Assembly (NCBI GenBank): GCA_963722825.1
Contig: CAVROI010000001.1
Span: 1,302,427-1,366,426 of the forward strand
Direction: 5' to 3'
DNA: 64,000 nt
Source: an uncultured Gemmatimonadales bacterium
GTDB lineage: Bacteria > Gemmatimonadota > Gemmatimonadetes > Gemmatimonadales > GWC2-71-9
Shown here: in pieces, positions 1 through 13,393 of the stretch
How positions within the stretch are numbered: position 1 is the first letter of the stretch
Layout: each line of letters begins with the position of its first letter
The notes under the pieces: generated by a model
The model's database searches: none
What the model was told of the DNA's origin: nothing
The model's input: the letters and a program-made list of their open reading frames with translations, nothing else
Made by a program: the position numbers and the translations under genes

Positions 1-1
1 G

Positions 2-181
2 GAAAACCTCATTCCTCCGGGCGGCGGGACCAGCGCGGGTATGCAGGTCGGCGTCGTGATCAGCTCCGCCAATGCCCGAATGCAGCTTGCCCTCGAGCAG
101 ACGCTCGGCAACAAGGGTCCCTTCTTCATTACCGGCAGCGATCTCACCTTCGTGATCATCGGCCCTGACGGCCGGAGCTGA
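2..181 (+). CDS. 3' end of a CDS entering from the left edge (hypothetical)
   Basis: Open frame 2 (ENLIPPGGG...IIGPDGRS) ending TGA at 179-181. Confidence 0.5.
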   Translation, partial: ENLIPPGGGTSAGMQVGVVISSANARMQLALEQTLGNKGPFFITGSDLTFVIIGPDGRS

Positions 182-989
182 TCTCGGAAAGCTGCCGGCG
201 GAATTCTTCGAGACCGACCGGCGGTCCCGGAAATCGTGGGTCCATCCGCTCGAGCCGCTCCACAACCACCTGCGCCACGAGAACGTCCCGCGGCAGCTTC
301 TTGTCCGCGGGGACGACATACCACGGCGCCTCGGGAGTGCTGGTGCGGGCCAGCATGTCCTGATACGCGTGGGTGTAGGCCTCCCACCTCTCGCGCTCCT
401 CCAGGTCAGCCGGATTGAACTTCCAGTACTTCGACGGGTCGTCCAACCGCTCGCGAAGCCGCTCGCGCTGCTCCTCCGCTGAAATGTGCAGGAAGAACTT
501 GAGGATCGTGACGCCGTTTTGAGTGAGGAATCGCTCGAACTGGTTGATCTGGTCGTACCTCGGGCGCCATACCTCCTCCGGAACCAGACCATGCACGCGG
601 ACCACGAGGACGTCTTCGTAGTGGGAGCGGTTGAAGACGCCGATGGTCCCCTTGGCCGGTACGGCATGATGTACTCGCCAGAGAAAGTCGTGACTCAGCT
701 CGAGCGGTGTCGGAACCTTGAAAGCGGTCACGGAGCACCCCAGCGGATTGAGTCTGCCGAACACTCGCCGGATGGTGCTGTCCTTCCCCGCCCCGTCCCG
801 AGCCTGGAGAATGATGAGGACCGCGTGCTTCGACTCGGCGAACAGCGCGGTCTGGAGCACATCCATGCGCTCACCGAGCTTCCCGAGATGCCTACGCAGC
901 TCATCGTCGTGGGGCAGCTTCTCGCCGACCCGCGCACCGGCATCGCTCAATTCGGGAATCGTGCCGGGCGCAACCGGGTCCAGCCTCAC
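156..989 (-). CDS. ppk2: Polyphosphate kinase 2 family (class III-like)
   Basis: Walker A-like ARDGAGKDST, FNRSHYEDVL, WKFNPADL motifs. Confidence 0.93.
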   Translation of the reverse strand: MRLDPVAPGTIPELSDAGARVGEKLPHDDELRRHLGKLGERMDVLQTALFAESKHAVLIILQARDGAGKDSTIRRVFGRLNPLGCSVTAFKVPTPLELSHDFLWRVHHAVPAKGTIGVFNRSHYEDVLVVRVHGLVPEEVWRPRYDQINQFERFLTQNGVTILKFFLHISAEEQRERLRERLDDPSKYWKFNPADLEERERWEAYTHAYQDMLARTSTPEAPWYVVPADKKLPRDVLVAQVVVERLERMDPRFPGPPVGLEEFRRQLSEISSGRQGR

Positions 990-996
990 AGGGATC

Positions 997-3848
997 TCAC
1001 GATGAATGCCCTCCCAGAAGGAGCGCGACGGGAAGCCGGTGGAAGAGATCGTCGGCCGCCAGACGAACCCCGTCGCGCCTGACCACGGTATCGCCGCTCA
1101 GGGCGCACGTCCAGCGAGACGGCCAGTCTCCCGGAATGGGGACGGAGGTACCGGTCCAGATCGCGGCGTCCGTGGGGAGCCGTTCCTCGTCAAGGATCCA
1201 GCGGGCAATGAGCCGAGGCACGGCGATCATCGCGAATGAGCCCCCGCTCGACCTGCCGAACGCGACGATGTGATTTTCTGCCGGCCCCTCGGCGCGCAAC
1301 GGGTGATACGCTCCAGCGCGCAGCTCGGCCCGGCGCCCCCGCGCATGCAGCGCCCGCGTCACGACGTGGAGCTTGAGGCGGCCGTCGGCCGCCGAGGCGA
1401 GGAGGCGGGCGAGGAATTCCCGGCGTGCCGTCTCGGGCCGCTCGAACTCGCGCTCCACCTCGTCGAGCAGCGCCGAGCGGCGCGAGAGATCCACCGGCCT
1501 CCGGTTGTCGGGATCGACCAGCGCGTGATTCCACAGCTCGTCACCCTGGTAGATGTCCGGGGTCCCGGGCGAAGTGAGCTGGAGCAGCGTCCGCGACAAT
1601 GCGTTCCAGCGCCCGGCGGGTGCGATACGGCCCGCGAACCGCTGCAGCTCGTCGAGGAAGAGCCGAGATCGCTCCGGAGTCAGTAACGACTCGATGCTGC
1701 CGGTGAGCGCCGCCTCGAATTCTTCGTCGGGGTCGGTCCATGACGTGCGCTCCTTCGCCTCCCGTGCGGCCTTGACCGCGTATGCGGTCAGGCGATCGCG
1801 CAACTCCCCCAGCTCCCGGGTTGACGGCGCCTCGTCGGGCCAGATGCCTACCATCGCTTGAAGAAACTGATATACCGAATTCGGATCGGGGGCGCGGCGG
1901 CCGCCCACCGTTCGCTTGAACTCCAGGTTCCGCCGGCGCCACCGGGCGACCTGGCGCGCCCACTCCTCGGGAATCTCGGCCAGCACATCGAGCCTGGCCC
2001 TGACATCGGCGGTGCGCTTCGTATCGTGGGTAGTGGTAGCCAGCATCGCCGCCGGCCAGTCGGCGGCCCGCTCGGAAGCGGCGGCGTGAAACTCCTCCAC
2101 GGCGGCAGCCAGCGGCGCCTCGGGGGCGCCGCCCACCTCGTTGGTCGAGAAGAGGGCCGCGAACCGGTAGAACGCCGTGTCTTCGATGCCCTTCGCGGTG
2201 GCGGGGCCACTGAGCTGCTGGAGGCGCTGCACGAATCGGCGCCGGCGCCCTTCCGCGCTCTCCGGTTCGGGTGCGATGCTCTCGAGGAGTGCCGACTCGA
2301 CGAACGCCAGCGCGGGTCCGGCAGGGCCCCGGACTCGCGCTCTCTCGACCGCCTCCGCGAGCAGCCTGATATCCTCCTCGTCGACCGGCCCGGGCCGGCC
2401 ATCGATATAGGTCCGATAGACCGGAAGGCAGGCGATGACCTCCACCAACGCGCGCATGACGGCGTGCATCGTCTGGACCCCACCCGGCGCCCCCGGATCG
2501 GTGACCCGAAGGAGCCGCCGTGCGAGCCCGCGTACTCCGGAAGAGAGGGCCGTGTCGAGCACGAGTCGTTTCGCCAGCAACGCGATGTCGGGAAAATCGA
2601 GGGGCTGCCGGAGAATCCTCCGATATTCGTTCTCGATGGCGGCGAGACCCGCGGGCGACAGAAATAGTCGCTCTGCCTGATTGAGGAAGTCGTAGCCCGT
2701 CGTGCCGGCCACGGGCCACGAGGAGCGCAAACGCTCCCCGTGAGAGAGGATCTTCTCGACCCACACCTTGGGCTGCCGGTCGGACGCGGCCGGAAAGGCC
2801 GCGGCGGCAAGACTGCGGAAATAGGCGAGTGGATCCAGAAGACCATCCGGATGATCGATCCGGAAACCATCGATCCAGCCCTTGTGGCGCCATTCCAGGA
2901 TAAGGGCGTGCGTCTGGCCAAAGACCTCAGGATCCTGCATCTGGAGCGCCACCAGGTCGTTGATATCGAAGAAGCGGCGGTAGTTGATCTCGCGGGCCGC
3001 GCGACGCCAGTGCACCAGACGGTAGACCTGGGAATCGAGCAGGCGACGAAGTCGCTGGCGTCCCTCGGCGCCGTCACCGAACCGGGCGACGTCACGGGCG
3101 AGCATATCCGCCGCCAGGGGATGGGTCAGCCGGAGCCCTGACAGTCGAGCCAACGCGGCGGAGGACAGCTGCCGGCGCCGGGCGATCGTCGCGGGACGCC
3201 GGGCCGACCGCCGAGGCAACCTCCGGAGCGTGCTCACGACCGCGTCCAGCTCGCTCACGGCGGGGTGGTCCCCCCCAACGTCCGGCGGAGCTCGACCTGA
3301 GATCCGGCGAGCACCTGAGGCAAGGTCGAGGGGTCGAGCGGGAGAGTGTGCTCGTGATATCGCACGCGGATGCCACGCTCCTCCAGGGCCAGGCGGATCT
3401 CCCCGCGCGCGAGTACCTCACGGCGGACCTCGCCGAGAATCGGAAGCAGGACCCGGCTCCAGGCGTCTCGCTCAGCCGAACGCCAGTCGATGTCGAACCA
3501 GCGGGCATAGGTCGAGGCCCGCCCGTGAGCGAGGAGGTCCTCCCACGCCGGATTTTCGTGCGAGGCCGCCATGTGGTTCGGGACGATGTCGAGTACCAGT
3601 CCCATTCCCTGCGCGTGGAGGCTGGCGTGCAGCGCGGCGAGCTCGTCTTCGGTCCCGAGTGCGCGGTCGAGACGCGTCGGGTCCACGACGTCGTACCCGT
3701 GGGTACTGCCGGACCGGGCCTGGAGCAGGGGTGACGCGTGGATGTGACTGACGCCGAGACGGCTCAGGTACGGAACGATCTCCCGGGCGGCCGCCAGCGG
3801 GAATCCGGCGTGGAGCTGCAGCCGGTAGGTGGCGACGATGTCTGCCAT
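997..3848 (-). pseudogene. treY: Malto-oligosyltrehalose synthase, split by frameshift near 3270-3276 (real or sequencing error)
   Basis: N-part ATYRLQL/GSTHGYDVVD/DIVPNHM (3255-3848); C-part INYRRFFDIN, RIDHPDGL, THDTKR, LVDPDNRRPVD (997-3258). Confidence 0.92.
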
Positions 3849-3852
3849 CGGG

Positions 3853-5972
<2,120 letters not shown>

Positions 5973-5976
<4 letters not shown>

Positions 5977-7796
5977 GCCTTCCCCGCGAGCACCACCAGG
6001 GCGCTCCGCGGCGAGAGGCTCGCCTGCGCGGCCTCGATTCCGGAGCGGCCGGCCCCGCCGTACGCGGCATCGTCGGTGGACAGGCCGACGCGCCAATCGC
6101 CCCGCCCCAGCGGCATGCTCACCGTCTCCTCCGAGAAGTTGAAGTAGGCGGCGATCCGGCGGTGGCCGGCTGCCAGTGCCATGCCGACGAGTCCCTCGGG
6201 AGCATTGCTCGTGACTCGCACCGGTGCCTGTCCCGGCCGAAGCAGAGGCTCACGCCGTCGGAGGGCGACCAGGTCCCGATAGAGCGCGAGCAGCTCGGCG
6301 TGGCCCGGCCGGGCCGCTCGCTCCCAAACCAGCTTCGAGGCGTCGAAGGTCGCCTCGGCGCCGGGATCCGGCACCTCGCCGGTCCACGCGAACGCCGCGA
6401 ATTCCTTGCGACGTCCTTCGCGAACCGCCGCCATCAGTGCGTCGTCGGTATGGCTCACGAAGTAGAGAAAGGGAGCCGTTTCGCCGTACTCCTCTCCCAT
6501 GAACAGCAGCGGCACGTACGGCGGAAGGAGAAGTATAGCGGCGGCCAAGCGAAGCGCGTCGCGCGTCACCAGCACGGACAAGCGCTCGCCACGCGCGCGG
6601 TTTCCCACCTGGTCGTGGTTCTGCACGCAGACGACGAAACGGTCCGCCGGGATATCCAGGGCGGGCCGGCCGTGTCGCCGCCGCCGGTAGGGCGAGTGGC
6701 GGCCATCGTTCACGAACCGCTGGGCCAGCGCCTTCGCGACCGCGCCCGTGTGGTGGAAGTCCTGGTAGTACCCATGGCGCTCGCCGGTCAGGGCCACATG
6801 CACCGCATGGTGAAAATCATCGGACCACTGCGCGTCGAGACCGTAGCCACCCTGAGACGCCGGCCGCAGGAAGCGGGGATCATTGGCGTCGCTTTCGGCG
6901 ATGACGAGCGTGCTCCTTCCCAGCTCGGCGCTCCGGTTGTGCACGGCGTCACCCAATTCCTCGAGGATATGGACGGCGCTCAGGTCCACGATGCGATCCG
7001 CGGCGTCGAGGCGGAGCCCGTCGAGATGGTATTCGGTGATCCAGTAGAGCGCATTCTCCACGATGAAGCGGCGAACCTCATCGCTGTCGGGACCGTCGAG
7101 ATTGAATCCCTCGCCCCAGAAGGTGCTCGACCTCTCCGAGAAGTAGGGGCCGAACTCCGAGAGATAGTTGCCCTCGGGACCGACATGGTTGTACACCACG
7201 TCGAGGAACACGGCGAGCCCCTCGCGGTGCGCGGCATCCACGAGGCGCTTGAGGCCGGCCGGGCCGCCGTAGGACTGCTGCACCGCGTAGAGAGCGGCGC
7301 CGTCGTAGCCCCAGTTACGCGTTCCGGGAAACTGCGATACCGGCATGAGCTCGATGGCGGTCACGCCGAGGCTCTGCAAGTATGGAAGACGCTCGATCGC
7401 CGCCTCGAAGGTGCCGCCGGGCGTGAAGGTGCCGATATGGAGCTCGTAGATGATGGCGTCGGCCATGGCCAGACCATGCCAATCGCCGTCGGTCCACGCG
7501 AAATCGTCGGCGCGCACGATGCGCGTGGGACCGTGCAGGCCTTCCGGCAACCAGCGACTGACGGGATCGGGGCGCGGTGGGCCACCGTCGAGGCGATAGA
7601 AGTAATCCGACCCGGGAGGCACGTCGGCGAGGAGCGCTTCGTGGAGGCCACGCGACGAGGGCTCGAGGCGGTGCCGGTCCTCGCCGGAGCCTCGGCGCAC
7701 CGCGGCCACCACCTCGCGCGCAGCCGGGGCCCATACGACGATGCGGGTGGTTCCATCTACCAGTGGCGTCGCTCCGCGGCCGAGCTCACTCGGCAT
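5973..7796 (-). CDS. treZ: Malto-oligosyltrehalose trehalohydrolase
   Basis: YELHIGTFT, RNWGYDG, DVVYNHVGPEGNY, QNHDQVGNR. Confidence 0.93.
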
Positions 7797-9990
7797 CGAG
7801 CTCACGGGCGAGCAGCAACGCCCCCAGCGGAGGCAATCCGATCCGGAACGAGACCTCCTGGCGCTGCCACGCGACCGGCTCGGTTCCGACACCATCGACC
7901 AGACCGAAGCCGCTTCCGCCGTAGATGCCGGCGTCGCTGGAGAGCAGCAGGCGGTACCGCCCCGCCTCCGGCGCGCCAACGCGAAAGTCGTGACGGGGCA
8001 CCGGCGTCAGGTTGAACAGCGCGATCACCACGCCCGCTCCGTCGCGACGGAAAAACGAATAGATCGAGTGGTCCCGATCGTCGGCGTCCAGCCACGAAAA
8101 CGTCTCGGGGACCGGATCACCCCGCCACAGCTCCGGGCGCCCGAGATACACCGAGGACAGGTCGGCGAGAAAGCGCAGCAGTCCCGCATTGAGCGGGTAT
8201 CCGCTCAGGTGCCAGTCGAGGCTGGTATCGTGATTCCATTCGCGCGTCGAGCCGAGCTCCGAGCCCATGAAGAGGAGCGACTTGCCGGGCCGAGCGTACT
8301 GGTAGGCGAGCAGCGCACGCAGGTTCGCGAACCGCTGCCATTCGTCTCCCGGCATCCGTCCGAGCAGCGTGCCCTTGCCGTGTACCACCTCGTCGTGCGA
8401 CAGCGGCATGAGGAAGTTCTCGCTGTACTCGTACATCATGCCGAACGTGAGCATGTTGTGCCGGCTGGACCGGAAGACGGGATCGGTCGAGAAGTAGTCC
8501 AGCGTGTCGTGCATCCAGCCCATGTTCCACTTGAACGTGAAGCCAAGCCCTCCGGACGGCACGGGCGCCGTGACGCCGGGCCACTGGCTCGACTCTTCGG
8601 CCACGGTGAAGCACGACGGATGCTCCTCGGCGATCGTCGCGTTGAGCAGCTTGAGAAACTCGACCGCCTCGAGGTTCTCGCGCCCGCCGGCCGGGTTGGG
8701 AATCCACTGCCCTTCGGCCCGGCCGTAGTCGAGATAGAGCATCGAGGCCACCGCATCGACCCGCAAGCCGTCGATGTGAAACTCCTCCAGCCAGTAGAGC
8801 GCATTGGCGATGAGGAAGTTGCGCACTTCCCGCCGCCCGAAATTGAAGATCAGGGTCCCCCATTCGGGGTGCTCGCCCTGGCGCGGATCGTCGTGCTCAT
8901 AGAGCGCCGTTCCGTCGAAACGCCGGAGCGCGAAGTCGTCCTTCGGAAAGTGCGCCGGCACCCAGTCGAGGATGACGCCGATGCCCGCGCGGTGGCAGGC
9001 ATCGATGAGGAACCGGAGATCGTCGGGTGTCCCATAGCGAGCCGTAGGGGAGAAGTACGCGCTCACCTGATACCCCCACGAACCAGTGAACGGATGCTCC
9101 GCAAGAGGCATGAACTCGATATGCGTGAAGCCCAGTCGCGACACGTGATCGATGAGTCTCGGTGCGATCTCCCGGTAGGTGAGCGGCCGGCCACCCTCTT
9201 CGGGCACCCGCATCCACGATCCCAGGTGGACTTCGTAGATGGTCATGGGGACGCGCCGCAGCTCGTGCGCCGGTGGCCGGCGCGCCATCCAGGCGCCGTC
9301 CCCCCACTGATACGACGAGGCGACCACCCGCGACGCGGTTTGCGGGGGCGGCTCCATCGCCTGGCCCACGGGATCCGCCTTCATGCGAATCTCTCCCGCC
9401 GGACCCACGATCCGATACTTGTACAGCGCGCCCGCCCACACGCCCGGGACGAATATCTCGAACACTCCCGTCGTGCCGAGGCGGCGCATGGGAAGACGTC
9501 GCCCATCCCAGTGGCAGAAGTCCCCGACGACGCTCACGCCCAACGCCGACGGCGCCCACACCGAGAAGGCCACGCCGTCCACCCCATCGAGTCGGCGCGG
9601 GTGGGCACCCAGCACCTTCCAGAGACGCCGGTGCGTCCCCTCCGACAGCAGGTGCTCGTCTATCTGGCCCAGCGAGGGGAGGAAACGGTAAGGGTCGTCC
9701 TGTTCCCAGGTGGCGCCGCCCGGAAAGGTGAAGCGAAAGCGGTAGCGGACAGGAAGGCGGCGCTCCGGGAGGAAGGCCGTAAAGACACCGGTATTCCCGA
9801 ACCGGGCCATCGGCACCGGATCGGCGTGCTCTACCAGACACTGCACCGACTCGGCCTCGGGGTGGAGCGCTCGGACCACGACTCCCCATCCTGCCGGATG
9901 TGCGCCGAGCACGCGATGAGGATCCGGATGGCGGCCGGACACCAGTCGGGCCACATCCTCTGCCTGGAGTGCCTGGTCTTCGAATACCAT
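7786..9990 (-). CDS. glgB: 1,4-alpha-glucan branching enzyme
   Basis: YEVHLGSW, SWGYQ, DWVPAHFP, DGLRVDAVASMLY, KWNMGWM, LSHDEVVHGK. Confidence 0.96.
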   Translation of the reverse strand: MVFEDQALQAEDVARLVSGRHPDPHRVLGAHPAGWGVVVRALHPEAESVQCLVEHADPVPMARFGNTGVFTAFLPERRLPVRYRFRFTFPGGATWEQDDPYRFLPSLGQIDEHLLSEGTHRRLWKVLGAHPRRLDGVDGVAFSVWAPSALGVSVVGDFCHWDGRRLPMRRLGTTGVFEIFVPGVWAGALYKYRIVGPAGEIRMKADPVGQAMEPPPQTASRVVASSYQWGDGAWMARRPPAHELRRVPMTIYEVHLGSWMRVPEEGGRPLTYREIAPRLIDHVSRLGFTHIEFMPLAEHPFTGSWGYQVSAYFSPTARYGTPDDLRFLIDACHRAGIGVILDWVPAHFPKDDFALRRFDGTALYEHDDPRQGEHPEWGTLIFNFGRREVRNFLIANALYWLEEFHIDGLRVDAVASMLYLDYGRAEGQWIPNPAGGRENLEAVEFLKLLNATIAEEHPSCFTVAEESSQWPGVTAPVPSGGLGFTFKWNMGWMHDTLDYFSTDPVFRSSRHNMLTFGMMYEYSENFLMPLSHDEVVHGKGTLLGRMPGDEWQRFANLRALLAYQYARPGKSLLFMGSELGSTREWNHDTSLDWHLSGYPLNAGLLRFLADLSSVYLGRPELWRGDPVPETFSWLDADDRDHSIYSFFRRDGAGVVIALFNLTPVPRHDFRVGAPEAGRYRLLLSSDAGIYGGSGFGLVDGVGTEPVAWQRQEVSFRIGLPPLGALLLARELDAE

Positions 9991-10180
9991 GCCAGCAACG
10001 TACGCCCATCGGGGGCGCCGGTGAAGGCTACGCGACGGTCTCGTGGAACGTCGAAGAGCGGCCGGCCGAGGAGGAGGAGGACGGTTATCTGGACGAACCT
10101 GGCCGTGAGACCATCCGGCCGGCTCGCAACGAGGCAGCCCTCGAACATCACACGGCCGCCTGCACTACCCGATCAACACC

Positions 10181-10399
10181 TTACGGGCCGGACCTGATCG
10201 CGCGGATCCGGGTGAGGCCCCGCAGCACCACCACCATCGTCACCAGCGTCCACGCCGCGGTGTATCCGACCTTCAGACCGGTCGAGGCCCGCACGAGCCC
10301 CGCGGCGAAATAGCCGACGATGAAGAGCCCGTCCACGATCAGGACGACCACGAGCAGAGTCAGTACCTCCCGCTTCACGCGGTCGGTGCGCTCGGCCAT
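10181..10399 (-). CDS. Small membrane protein (2 TM)
   Basis: 72 aa ORF with two hydrophobic segments. Confidence 0.65.
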   Translation of the reverse strand: MAERTDRVKREVLTLLVVVLIVDGLFIVGYFAAGLVRASTGLKVGYTAAWTLVTMVVVLRGLTRIRAIRSGP

Positions 10400-10773
10400 C
10401 GCTCCAGCCACGCCGTGCACCAGCCCACTTCGATCTCCAGGCGGTCGATTTCCTCGCGGGCTTCCGTGATGCATTCCTGCAGGTCGCGTCCACCGGCGGT
10501 GGCCTTGAGCACGGCCACCATCTCCCGAAGCCCCTCGAGCTCCCAAAGCAGGAGCTGGAGGTACCGCCGCGCCGCATCGAGCTTCGTCGGCGCCTGGCGG
10601 CGCAGCTCCGCCTTGCGATCCAGCGTGTGCTCGATCGAGTGCCGGGCGGCGTAGTCTTCGGCCGCAATTCGAGGCCGGCGGCGCTCGAGCGCGGGTGTGA
10701 GAAACGGAACACGGCGACGGTGACGGCCGCCGAGCTCCGTCAGCGTGCCGCGGAGAAACTCGAGCAGAGTCAC
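10375..10773 (-). CDS. Hypothetical helical protein
   Basis: GTG start overlapping upstream TGA; amphipathic helical composition. Confidence 0.6.
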   Translation of the reverse strand: MTLLEFLRGTLTELGGRHRRRVPFLTPALERRRPRIAAEDYAARHSIEHTLDRKAELRRQAPTKLDAARRYLQLLLWELEGLREMVAVLKATAGGRDLQECITEAREEIDRLEIEVGWCTAWLERWPSAPTA

Positions 10774-10976
10774 TCCCTTCCCTGCCAGATGGATCGGAGA
10801 TAAAGGCTGGCGAGGATCAGGATGACGCCGGCGAGAATCGGCCCGGGGCCGCCGGTACTCTCGAGGGAGAAGGGCAGCCTGCCCGCCTGTCCCGGCGCCG
10901 AGTGGAGGATGGCCAGCGCGCCGAGCACGATTCCGCCGACCCCGATCAGGGCAAGCAGGAGGAACAGATTCCGCAT
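10770..10976 (-). CDS. Small membrane protein (2 TM)
   Basis: 68 aa, two hydrophobic stretches. Confidence 0.65.
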   Translation of the reverse strand: MRNLFLLLALIGVGGIVLGALAILHSAPGQAGRLPFSLESTGGPGPILAGVILILASLYLRSIWQGRE

Positions 10977-11161
10977 CGAGGCCTCGCGAAGAAGTGTCGA
11001 AGAGATAGATGAAAACCCCCAGGGGAGCCGCTCGGCAAGAGGCCGCCGCCACCCCGCCTTCCACTATCGCCCGGCACCAGCATGGTTATTGCTCCCCGCT
11101 GAGCCCACTACCCGGACAAGGCTTGCACTCCCCGCTAGCGCTCGGCCGCACGGAGACTTCC

Positions 11162-12136
11162 ATGCGCGCAGCCAAATTTGCACTCATTGTCCTTCTTGCA
11201 GCATGCGGCGATTCGGCCGCTCCTCCCGGGCCCGGAGGGGACGGACCGCCGGCCGGGCCGGCCACGACCCTGGGCGGCTGCGTAGTCTTTCCCGCGGACA
11301 ACTCCTGGAATCGCGACGTCAGCGCCGACCCGGTTGCGGCCGAGTCGGGCGCGCTGCTGGACCAGATGTCGCCGGGCAATGCCATCCATCTCGACCTGGG
11401 CACGACGGAGGAGTACTACGGAATCCCGTGGTCGGTCGTTCCGGCCGACCAGCCTCAGGTGACGATCCAGTACGGGACCGACGGCGCGGACTACTCGGAC
11501 GAGAGCGATCCGGGCCCCATGCCGATCCCCCTCGATGCACCGATCGAAGGCGGGAGCGCCAGCAACCCGAATCCTTCGTCGGGCGATCGGCACGTGCTCG
11601 TGATTCAGCAGAGCGCGTGCGTGCTCTATGAGCTCTACAATGCCGTCCGTACCGCCACGGGATTCCGGGTCAGCTCCTCGGCAAGATGGGACCTCAAGGT
11701 CGATGCGACCCGGCCGGCCGGCTGGACTTCGGCCGACGCCGCGGGCTTGCCGATCCTGCCCGGACTCCTGAAGCACGGCGAGGTGGCTTCGGGCGCAGTC
11801 ACGCACGCGTTGCGCTTCACCATTCCCCGGGTGCGGCGCGGGTATGTGCCCCCGGCCAGCCACTGTGGGCAATACACCGACGCGAGCCTCCCACCGTACG
11901 GCACGCGGGTCCGGCTCAAAGCCAGTTTCTCGCTCGCGCCCTATACCGGCGATGCGCTCGTCATTCTCACCGCGTTCAAGAAGTACGGGTTGATCCTGGC
12001 CGATCAGGGGAGTGCCTGGTACGTCACGGGATCGTCCGACCCCGGATGGGAAGACGCCCTCGATCAGTTGCGCACCAGCCCGGTGCGTGGCAGCGACTTC
12101 GAAGTGCTGCAGAGCGGAGCGATGACGACTTGCTGA
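11162..12136 (+). CDS. Uncharacterised conserved lipoprotein
   Basis: GGAG RBS, lipobox LAAC; motifs FPADNSWN, DRH, GWTSADAAGLPILPGL, HALRFT. Confidence 0.8.
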   Translation: MRAAKFALIVLLAACGDSAAPPGPGGDGPPAGPATTLGGCVVFPADNSWNRDVSADPVAAESGALLDQMSPGNAIHLDLGTTEEYYGIPWSVVPADQPQVTIQYGTDGADYSDESDPGPMPIPLDAPIEGGSASNPNPSSGDRHVLVIQQSACVLYELYNAVRTATGFRVSSSARWDLKVDATRPAGWTSADAAGLPILPGLLKHGEVASGAVTHALRFTIPRVRRGYVPPASHCGQYTDASLPPYGTRVRLKASFSLAPYTGDALVILTAFKKYGLILADQGSAWYVTGSSDPGWEDALDQLRTSPVRGSDFEVLQSGAMTTC

Positions 12137-12141
12137 GCGGC

Positions 12142-12651
12142 TCAGGTCCGGGCCGAGCGCGCACTCGCCAGCTCCGCCGGCCTGACTGCCCCGACGCTCG
12201 ATGCGACGCCGGTGACGATCCGCCGATGAGTGTCGAGCTGTCCGAGGTGATAGTCGAAATGGGTCAGCAGGTGCAGGAGATACTCGGCGGTCTCGACGTG
12301 GAGATCCGCGATGACCTCGGGAAACTCGACCGGCAACGAGCGGTCGTCCAGGCTTGCCAGGGTTCCGGCGACATCCGCTCGTGCCGCCTGAATTTCCTGA
12401 AGGAGGTCCGCCCGCGACACGCCCTGCCGGGAAAACTCGGCTGGCCGGTCGCGCACGTAGCCGGTATGACCGAGCTTGGCCCCGACGTAGTGTCGCAGAT
12501 TCCCGGCGAGGTGGAGGACGAGGGTCCCCGCCGTGTTCGGCATCCCGGCCACCTCCTGCCAGAGCTGGCGCTCGTCGGGGTACGCCTCGACTTCGCGGGT
12601 CAGAGTTCCGAAATCGCGATCGAAGATCGCGGCGAGAGAGCGAACGAGCAT
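12142..12651 (-). CDS. DinB/DUF1572-like protein
   Basis: NTAGTLVLHLAGNL, HFDYHLGQ. Confidence 0.85.
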   Translation of the reverse strand: MLVRSLAAIFDRDFGTLTREVEAYPDERQLWQEVAGMPNTAGTLVLHLAGNLRHYVGAKLGHTGYVRDRPAEFSRQGVSRADLLQEIQAARADVAGTLASLDDRSLPVEFPEVIADLHVETAEYLLHLLTHFDYHLGQLDTHRRIVTGVASSVGAVRPAELASARSART

Positions 12652-12653
12652 GT

Positions 12654-12944
12654 TTATCCTCCGGTCCCCAAACGAACGATCTGGCCCAGCCGAGCGATGA
12701 GGGGAAGCTCGCGCTCCGGTATCCATTCGGCGACGCCGCGAACCACCCGGCCGGCCCATTCCCGGTCGAATGCCGCCCCGGCCGCGATTTCGTTCCGCCG
12801 GGTCTCGAGGTCGTCGCGCAGGCGAGCGAGGTACGGCGCCGCCGGCGCTCCGGCCGATGTGTTGAGGTCGCCGGCCTCGAGGCGTCGGATGGCGGCAATC
12901 GCGCCATCGAAGGCGGAGAGCAGGCCGTCGCTATCGGACGGCAC
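12654..12944 (-). CDS. Hypothetical protein
   Basis: 96 aa ORF tightly packed between neighbours. Confidence 0.6.
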   Translation of the reverse strand: MPSDSDGLLSAFDGAIAAIRRLEAGDLNTSAGAPAAPYLARLRDDLETRRNEIAAGAAFDREWAGRVVRGVAEWIPERELPLIARLGQIVRLGTGG

Positions 12945-13393
12945 TAGAGCTGGAGCTCGTAGCGGAAGAACTCATCGTCGCGTCGGTACCCCATCGCCTC
13001 GTACAGCGCCTGGGCGCGGAGGTTGGTCCGGGCGGTCGCCAGCTCGAGCCCGCACGCCTCGGTATCCTCCGCCAGCGTGCGCGCCCGGTTCATCAGGTCC
13101 CGGCCGACCCCACGCCCGCGGGCGTCCGGCCTGACGAACAGATCGTTGAGCAGCCAGAGCCGACCCGGTCGGAGCGAGGTGGAGGAGAAAAGCGGATACA
13201 GCTGGACGAAGCCGAGCGCCCCACCGTTCTCCTCGGCGAGAAAGATCACGGACTCGCCGCGCTCGAGACGCCTGGCGAGAAAGGTCCGGGACAACTCGAG
13301 GTCCGATGGCCGCTCGTAGAACTGGCGATAGGCATCGAAGAGCGGCGCCAGCACGCGGAGGTCGTCGATGGTCGCTTCTCGAACGGTCGTCAC
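12944..13393 (-). CDS. GNAT acetyltransferase
   Basis: LNDLFVRPDARGRGVG, NLRAQALYE. Confidence 0.9.
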   Translation of the reverse strand: MTTVREATIDDLRVLAPLFDAYRQFYERPSDLELSRTFLARRLERGESVIFLAEENGGALGFVQLYPLFSSTSLRPGRLWLLNDLFVRPDARGRGVGRDLMNRARTLAEDTEACGLELATARTNLRAQALYEAMGYRRDDEFFRYELQL

